NCBI GenBank assembly: GCA_002772695.1
Contig: PFDI01000004.1
Coordinates: 326 to 63,564 of the forward strand
Length of the DNA stretch: 63,239 nt
Direction of reading: 5' to 3'
Origin: Candidatus Pacebacteria bacterium CG10_big_fil_rev_8_21_14_0_10_44_54
GTDB taxonomy: Bacteria; Patescibacteriota; Microgenomatia; UBA1400; PJMF01
This document shows positions 57,862 to 63,239 of the stretch, one piece after another. Made by a program: the position numbers and the translations under genes. The notes under the pieces are model-generated. The model saw nothing but the letters and a program-made list of their open reading frames with translations. It had not been told where the DNA came from and made no database searches. Numbering within the stretch: the first letter of the stretch is position 1; the number at the start of each line of letters is the position of its first letter.

Positions 57862-59379
57862 TTAGCTTGCCGTAAACTCTGAATGAGTTTCGTTAAATGT
57901 CTTGATGACTAATTCTAACTTTGCCTCAGTTTTTTCTTCAAACTTTCCGTCTGCAACGAGTTGTTCAAGTAATTTTTTGTGAGTAGACTTCATGTGTGTC
58001 ATAAACACCGCCTCCCATTCTGGAACTTTTTCTTCACTAACTGTATCGAGCAGTCCTCTGGTAGCTGCAAAAATTACCACAGCTTGTTCTTCTACCTTGA
58101 GCGGTGTATCCCAACCCTGTTTGAGTACTGCATTGACTCGTCCACCGCGTGCAAGCTGCCGCTTTGTTCTCTCGTCGAGGTCTGAGCTGAACTGTGCAAA
58201 TGCTTGCAACTCTCGATATTGTGCTAAGTCGAGCTTCATTGTGCCAGCTACTTGCTTCATAAGTTTGATTTGGGCGGCCGAGCCAACACGAGAGACGGAG
58301 AGACCTACGTTGATAGCTGGTTTCATGCCAGCGTTAAACAAGTCAGCCTCGAGATAAATTTGTCCGTCAGTAATCGAGATGACGTTGGTAGGAATATAGG
58401 CAGAAACATCATTAGCTTGCGTCTCGATAACTGGTAGCGCTGTGATTGAACCTCCACCATGCTTTTTATTTAAGCGACATGCACGTTCAAGTAAGCGCGA
58501 ATGCAGGTAGAAAACATCACCAGGATAGGCTTCACGACCAGATGGTCGACGAAGTAGAAGAGAAATTTCTCGATACGCTTGTGCGTGTTTTGAGAGATCG
58601 TCAAAAATAATTAAAACATCTTGGCCTTGTTCCAAAAAGTACTCCGCAATTGCTTGGCCTGCGTACGGAGCAAGAAATTGCTCAGCGGCTGTATCAGAAG
58701 CTGTCGCGGCCACGATAGTGGTGTATTCCATTGCGCCAGCTGTTCTGAGTGTGGCGGTAATTTGAGCAAGGTTGGATCTTTTTTGACCAATACAAACGTA
58801 GACGCAGGTTACATTTTGATCCGCTTGATTAAGGATTGTGCCAAGTGCAACGGCAGTTTTGCCTGTCGCCCGATCGCCAATAATTAATTCACGCTGTCCT
58901 CGCCCGATAGGTATCATTGCGTCAATTGCTTTAATCCCAGTCTGGAGTGGGACAGAAACAGATTGTCGTGCCATGACGCCAGGGGCTATTTTTTCTAACA
59001 CCATATTTTTAGTTTTGGTCAATGTTTTGCCACCGTCGAGCAAGGTGCCGAGTGGATTGACTGTTCTACCAATAATATCGTCAGAGACTGGAATGGAAAG
59101 GATTTGACCAGTACGTTTTACGGTTTGACCGGTGCTGATATGGCTTGCAGAGCCAAGTGCAACAATAGCCGTTTGTTCTTTTTCGAGACTCAAGGCAAGG
59201 CCAAATTGACCTTCGCCAATATCGACTAATTCACCAGCCTGAACTGCGTCGAGTCCTCTGACTCGAATAACGCCATCACCAAAGGACATAATTGTCCCAA
59301 CTGACTCTGGTGTGGTGGTAATATTTGCCCCAGCAATGAGCTCGCCGAGTAGGGCTTGTAATTGGTCTTGCTTCTTCAT
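57862..59379 (-). CDS. atpA: ATP synthase F1 alpha
   Basis: GDRATGKT, PSGREAYPGDVFYLHSRLLER, ISITDGQI. Confidence 0.97.
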   Translation of the reverse strand: MKKQDQLQALLGELIAGANITTTPESVGTIMSFGDGVIRVRGLDAVQAGELVDIGEGQFGLALSLEKEQTAIVALGSASHISTGQTVKRTGQILSIPVSDDIIGRTVNPLGTLLDGGKTLTKTKNMVLEKIAPGVMARQSVSVPLQTGIKAIDAMIPIGRGQRELIIGDRATGKTAVALGTILNQADQNVTCVYVCIGQKRSNLAQITATLRTAGAMEYTTIVAATASDTAAEQFLAPYAGQAIAEYFLEQGQDVLIIFDDLSKHAQAYREISLLLRRPSGREAYPGDVFYLHSRLLERACRLNKKHGGGSITALPVIETQANDVSAYIPTNVISITDGQIYLEADLFNAGMKPAINVGLSVSRVGSAAQIKLMKQVAGTMKLDLAQYRELQAFAQFSSDLDERTKRQLARGGRVNAVLKQGWDTPLKVEEQAVVIFAATRGLLDTVSEEKVPEWEAVFMTHMKSTHKKLLEQLVADGKFEEKTEAKLELVIKTFNETHSEFTAS

Positions 59380-59390
59380 ACGCTACTTTC

Positions 59391-59831
59391 TTAGGTTGCT
59401 ATTTTTTTGAGCAACACTTGCCGCAAAGTTTGCAACTTGCCTTTGAGTGTGCCGTCATACTCTTGGTTGTCCAAAACAATTTTTATGCCCCCAAGCACGC
59501 TTGGATCGACAACAATGTTGTACTCAGCTGGTCCAACTTTTTTATCTACAATCTCTTCGATTTTTTTGCGCTCAGCCGTTGTCAGTTCTACCGCAGTTAC
59601 CACTGATACAATTGGGAGTTGTGAGTGTAATTTTTTGATTTCACCGATAATACTGCCGTCGATTGTTTGCCCGTCGATTGTTATCGTTAAACCACCAATA
59701 ATAGCGGGGTCAACCAAGAATTTTGGAGTTACTTTACCCACTTTTTGCTGTAGAAGAGCGACAAGGCTTTTCTTTTGTGCGTCTGATACTGCTTGCGGGG
59801 TGACGATGGTTACCGCTTTGTTTTTGCTCAT
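59391..59831 (-). CDS. atpH: ATP synthase delta-like subunit made of two tandem C-terminal delta/OSCP domains; start reassigned to ATG 59831
   Basis: VDPAIIGGLTITIDGQTIDGS and VDPSVLGGIKIVLDNQEYDGT; sits at the atpH position in the operon. Confidence 0.8.
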   Translation of the reverse strand: MSKNKAVTIVTPQAVSDAQKKSLVALLQQKVGKVTPKFLVDPAIIGGLTITIDGQTIDGSIIGEIKKLHSQLPIVSVVTAVELTTAERKKIEEIVDKKVGPAEYNIVVDPSVLGGIKIVLDNQEYDGTLKGKLQTLRQVLLKKIAT

Positions 59832-59838
59832 ATTACTT

Positions 59839-60321
59839 TTATGCTGTAGCAATTGACTGTAATTCTTTTGCAATCAGGGCATGGTGATCTTTGTTACTAA
59901 GTTGTGAGCCGAGCACTTTGGTGGTTGTGGCCAAAACAAGCTCTACCAACTGGGCTTCCATTGCCGCGCGATCTTTTTGTTGTTGGGTTTTCCACTGCTG
60001 TTTGAGTCGAGAAATTTCGTTTTCAGCCTGCTTGGTAGCAGCGGCAATAATTTCTGCAGCTTGTTCTTTGGCACTTATCGTAGCTTCTTTGAGGATTTTT
60101 TCTCGCTCTTTCTCAATTTTTGTTTTTGAGCTTTTCTTCAATTCCTCAATCTTTTCTTGTTCTTGCAGCGCATTTTGTGCTGCTTTTTGTCCCTCTTCAA
60201 TCCTTTTTGATCGTTCTGCAAAAATTTTCAAGATTGGCTTGTAAAGCAAATACGAGAGCGCGCCAAGCACAATCAAAAAGTTGATTGCTTGGTACAAGAG
60301 TTGTGCTAACTGTATATTCAT
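59839..60321 (-). CDS. atpF: ATP synthase Fo b
   Basis: N-terminal TM, YKPILK, long coiled coil. Confidence 0.92.
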   Translation of the reverse strand: MNIQLAQLLYQAINFLIVLGALSYLLYKPILKIFAERSKRIEEGQKAAQNALQEQEKIEELKKSSKTKIEKEREKILKEATISAKEQAAEIIAAATKQAENEISRLKQQWKTQQQKDRAAMEAQLVELVLATTTKVLGSQLSNKDHHALIAKELQSIATA

Positions 60322-60348
60322 GAATACCCTTCTTGTTGTCTGTCTGCT

Positions 60349-60564
60349 TTAGACAAACTTGAGAATAAGAGCTACCACCAACGCATAAATTGCGATCGCT
60401 TCTGCAAAGGCGATACCCAAAATCATGTTTGTCTGGATTTTACTGGCAGCTTCTGGATTGCGGCCAATAGCTTCTAAGCCTTTTGATACCAGCATCCCAA
60501 TAGCAACTGCTGGTCCGATGGTCCCAAGACCCATTACAAAAGCGACGGCGAAATCTGTCGTCAT
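60349..60564 (-). CDS. atpE: ATP synthase Fo c
   Basis: GRNPEA loop; FAEAIAIY (Glu followed by Ala, H+-type pattern). Confidence 0.96.
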   Translation of the reverse strand: MTTDFAVAFVMGLGTIGPAVAIGMLVSKGLEAIGRNPEAASKIQTNMILGIAFAEAIAIYALVVALILKFV

Positions 60565-60573
60565 AAATCCTCC

Positions 60574-61398
60574 TCAATGTTCCTCATGGCTCATTGTAGC
60601 CATGTTAAAAAATACTAGTGAGAGCATAGAAAATACTAGGGCCTGAATGAATCCAACAAATAGTTCTAGACCATAAAACGGCAACGGGACACCAAGTGGC
60701 AGGAGAGCTGCGATGACGACCAAAAGTACTTCACCAGCAAATATATTGCCAAATAGACGAAACGCGAACGAGATTGTCTTGGCAAACTCAGAAATTAACT
60801 CAAGTATTCCTACAAAAAACATAATTGGAGTACTAAAATCAAAAAATTTCTTGAAATATGATAGTTTCAGAGCGTGCGCACCATACAGCTGTGTAGCGAG
60901 AATTGAGATGACGGCAAGCGCAAGCGTGGTATTGAGATCGGCAGTACCAGCGCGAAAAAGTGGCACCGCAGGCTCATGTTTTTCTTCTAAGGCAATTGGC
61001 TGATCGTGTGAGTCTAACTCTGGTTTGGCTGCGGTGACAACTTCATGTTGTTTTTCTGATTTTAAAATTGTACCGACCCCCGGCAATAAGCCGAACCAGT
61101 TATTGAGTAAAATAAAGAGAAAAAACGTGGCAACTAGAGGAAAAAACCGATGAGTTTTTTTGAGATCGTGTGTAATTGAGTGAACTAGATTAAACAGTGC
61201 TTCAACCACCCATTCCATCACATTTTGTAAGCCAGTGGGTCGAGAAGTTGGAGCGATTTTGCGATTTGCTATGACTGCGATCAATAGCAACAGAAGACTG
61301 ACGACAGAGGTCGTGAACATCGAGTTGGTTATAGCAATTCCACCAATATAAAAAATGGTTTCAGCTGAAAGTGAAATGTGAATGTTGTCGGCCACCAT
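60574..61398 (-). CDS. atpB: ATP synthase Fo a
   Basis: NNWFGLLPG, TADLNTT, SFAFRLFGNIFAGE, FIQALVF. Confidence 0.95.
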   Translation of the reverse strand: MVADNIHISLSAETIFYIGGIAITNSMFTTSVVSLLLLLIAVIANRKIAPTSRPTGLQNVMEWVVEALFNLVHSITHDLKKTHRFFPLVATFFLFILLNNWFGLLPGVGTILKSEKQHEVVTAAKPELDSHDQPIALEEKHEPAVPLFRAGTADLNTTLALAVISILATQLYGAHALKLSYFKKFFDFSTPIMFFVGILELISEFAKTISFAFRLFGNIFAGEVLLVVIAALLPLGVPLPFYGLELFVGFIQALVFSMLSLVFFNMATMSHEEH

Positions 61399-61485
61399 AA
61401 ATTACATTTTCATTATGTAGTAATTACGCACAACACAAGGCAGGATTATACCGACTCTCTCGATGTTGACAACCACTAACCTTGG

Positions 61486-63201
61486 TTATTCTGCTAGGAC
61501 CAGGACTATATCATAAGCACCTGCTGGGTCTTCTGTGTCTTTATTTTCCAGCTCTGAGACGGTTAAATCTGTCGCGCTTTCAACCAAATCAATCAACTCG
61601 GCATTTCCTTTGTATGCATCAGACAGTAGGACAAATGTGCCTTCTTCATCATATGTCCCCTTAGCATTGCCCGCCGAAACATCGGCGAAGTCTGCTTTGG
61701 TTAGTTGTGTTTTTATTGTCCCGGCATAACCAGCTTTGGTGGTAGCGTTGACGACAAGAACCTTGAGCTGCTTAGTATTAATAGCAGCTGCAGGGGAGGC
61801 CTCTTCCGCAGGAGTAATTGTGGGCTCAGGCGTCGCAACAGGCTCTTCGACCACTACAACAGGACTTGTTTCTGGTTGTGAGTTGCCAGAGAATTTGAGG
61901 AACAAGAGGCCGACGCCGATTCCGACTGCGACCGTAACTGCGAACGCTGCAATGGTGATAAATACCATTTTGAGCATTGGCGCTGCTGTTTGTTTATTTT
62001 TGATGATTGGTTTAGTTTCAGTTTCTGGCATATTGCTCGATTCTACGTCAGTTTTATCAGGTTCTTTATTTGGTGTAAACTGTGAAATATTGATTTCAAG
62101 CTCTGGTAGCATCTCTTTTTTTGGTTCAATTTTTGACTCAGTGACTGATTCTGGCATATCGTCATTTTCAACTTCTTCGACAGTTGGTGCCTCGGTCACA
62201 GCTGAAGTTTCTGTACTAGATTCGAGTTGTTTTTGGTTTGGTTCGGGTAGTTCGGCTTGTTTTGTTGGCTTTGGCAGATCTTCGGCAGGCATGGTTTCTC
62301 CTTTTGGCACGGCAGCCAATTGTGCTTTATACGAGGCAATCTCTGCTTCTGTAGCTGGAGCAAGAGAGAATTTTGGTACTGGATAGTCCTCAATTGAAAA
62401 AGTTCGCATGCTTGACTCAATAATTTGTCGTACATATGATGGCATTTTTTCTGCGTCATCGGAGAGAGTGCTGAGTTGCTGGAGCGGTATGGTGCCAGAG
62501 AGTAGCTCTGCTAGTCGTTTCTCGACTAAGTCATTTGTGAGTAAGTAGATAGTCTGGATGTTTGGTTCGGCACCCTTGAGTGTTTTGATAGTTTCTGCGA
62601 TGACTTCAGTTTCTGCTACCGTGGTCTGCATCGTCTGGTCGACACCGATATACTGGAGTGCACTATGTAGTGTGTTGCCGATTTGCAACACAGTAATAGC
62701 TGGCTCGAGGGAGACGATAGACTTAATTGCCCAACTGAGAGGCGAGATAGAAATTATACTCACTTTTGCCGCGTGCGCGCCAACTCTAATTGGAGCCAAG
62801 ACAGAGTGTTCAATAGCAGAGAGCTGGACGCGTGCGCTGCCCTTTAGTTCGGTTAGAACAAAAGTTTCTATAAGGTGTGTTTTGGAGTCGAGTGTCAATT
62901 GCGGTAGCAAGGTAGTTCTGAGGTACTGTTTAATTTTAGCGTCGGAGGTTTCCTCAACATTGACAATAGTATTGGTAAACAAAAAATCTGGCAGCACAAG
63001 TGTGTACGACTCATTTTCATCGAGTTTGGCAAATAGCTTGAAGACGTGTTCGGAAATGAATTCATTGTCATCAAGAAAGGTGCCATTGATCTGTCGGAAG
63101 GCGTGAATGGAGAAAGCGTGTGGTTTTTTGGTCGGAAGCAGCTCTGCAATGTAGGCCACATCCGGCAGAATGTAGAGTAATTTTTGTGTATTGAGCATCA
63201 C
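61486..63201 (-). CDS. PilM/FtsA-like N-terminal domain, acidic low-complexity linker, TM helix and LytR C-terminal domain
   Basis: LVLPD..VQLSAI..ISPLSWAIK; E/P/T-rich spacer; TM FITIAAFAVTVAVGIGVGLLFL; VLVVNATTKAGYAG..AGNA. Confidence 0.6.
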   Translation of the reverse strand: MMLNTQKLLYILPDVAYIAELLPTKKPHAFSIHAFRQINGTFLDDNEFISEHVFKLFAKLDENESYTLVLPDFLFTNTIVNVEETSDAKIKQYLRTTLLPQLTLDSKTHLIETFVLTELKGSARVQLSAIEHSVLAPIRVGAHAAKVSIISISPLSWAIKSIVSLEPAITVLQIGNTLHSALQYIGVDQTMQTTVAETEVIAETIKTLKGAEPNIQTIYLLTNDLVEKRLAELLSGTIPLQQLSTLSDDAEKMPSYVRQIIESSMRTFSIEDYPVPKFSLAPATEAEIASYKAQLAAVPKGETMPAEDLPKPTKQAELPEPNQKQLESSTETSAVTEAPTVEEVENDDMPESVTESKIEPKKEMLPELEINISQFTPNKEPDKTDVESSNMPETETKPIIKNKQTAAPMLKMVFITIAAFAVTVAVGIGVGLLFLKFSGNSQPETSPVVVVEEPVATPEPTITPAEEASPAAAINTKQLKVLVVNATTKAGYAGTIKTQLTKADFADVSAGNAKGTYDEEGTFVLLSDAYKGNAELIDLVESATDLTVSELENKDTEDPAGAYDIVLVLAE

Positions 63202-63239
63202 CCGTTAGTATACCATTGGAGCCAGGCTGGAAATCAAGG

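Overview
This is 63 kb of bacterial chromosome read in genetic code 11, with no rRNA or CRISPR. The gene content and promoter style suggest a Patescibacteria (CPR), probably Microgenomates-like, organism; that is an inference. The backbone is housekeeping: eight tRNAs, RNA/DNA helicases, Elp3, RarA, MutY, EpmA/EF-P, a pgk-(RHH regulator)-fbaB-fbp-eno operon, pyk, proS/prs/secA/serS/class I lysS/greA and an F-type ATP synthase operon. Two tRNA 3' ends carry integrated DNA. (1) At tRNA-His(GUG) a 13.8-kb element (25212-39020) carries an extended Type III R-M operon, an uncharacterised two-gene module, a tyrosine recombinase and a large serine recombinase (LSR). The LSR gene is cut by the integration site: it now ends in tRNA-antisense codons, and its apparent native tail (GRVRELVR...) lies in frame at the far end. 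(2) At tRNA-Gly(UCC) a 1.8-kb recombinase-less islet with a HEPN gene and a ClpP-like gene has the same architecture. The most striking observation is that left of the His element two more junctions (24258, 24597) encode the same tail motif GRVR[ED][AL][VI]R with synonymous codon changes. Each bounds a single-gene unit (339 and 615 bp), giving a tandem, integron-like, tRNA-anchored cassette array apparently built by LSR recombination. Unusual proteins include a VKOR-dihydroorotate dehydrogenase fusion, an RHH-pseudo-nucleotidyltransferase, an ATP synthase delta made of two C-terminal domains, a PilM-like/LytR_C fusion and an archaeal-type PPAT-DPCK fusion. All family assignments come from motif recognition by eye, not database searches.
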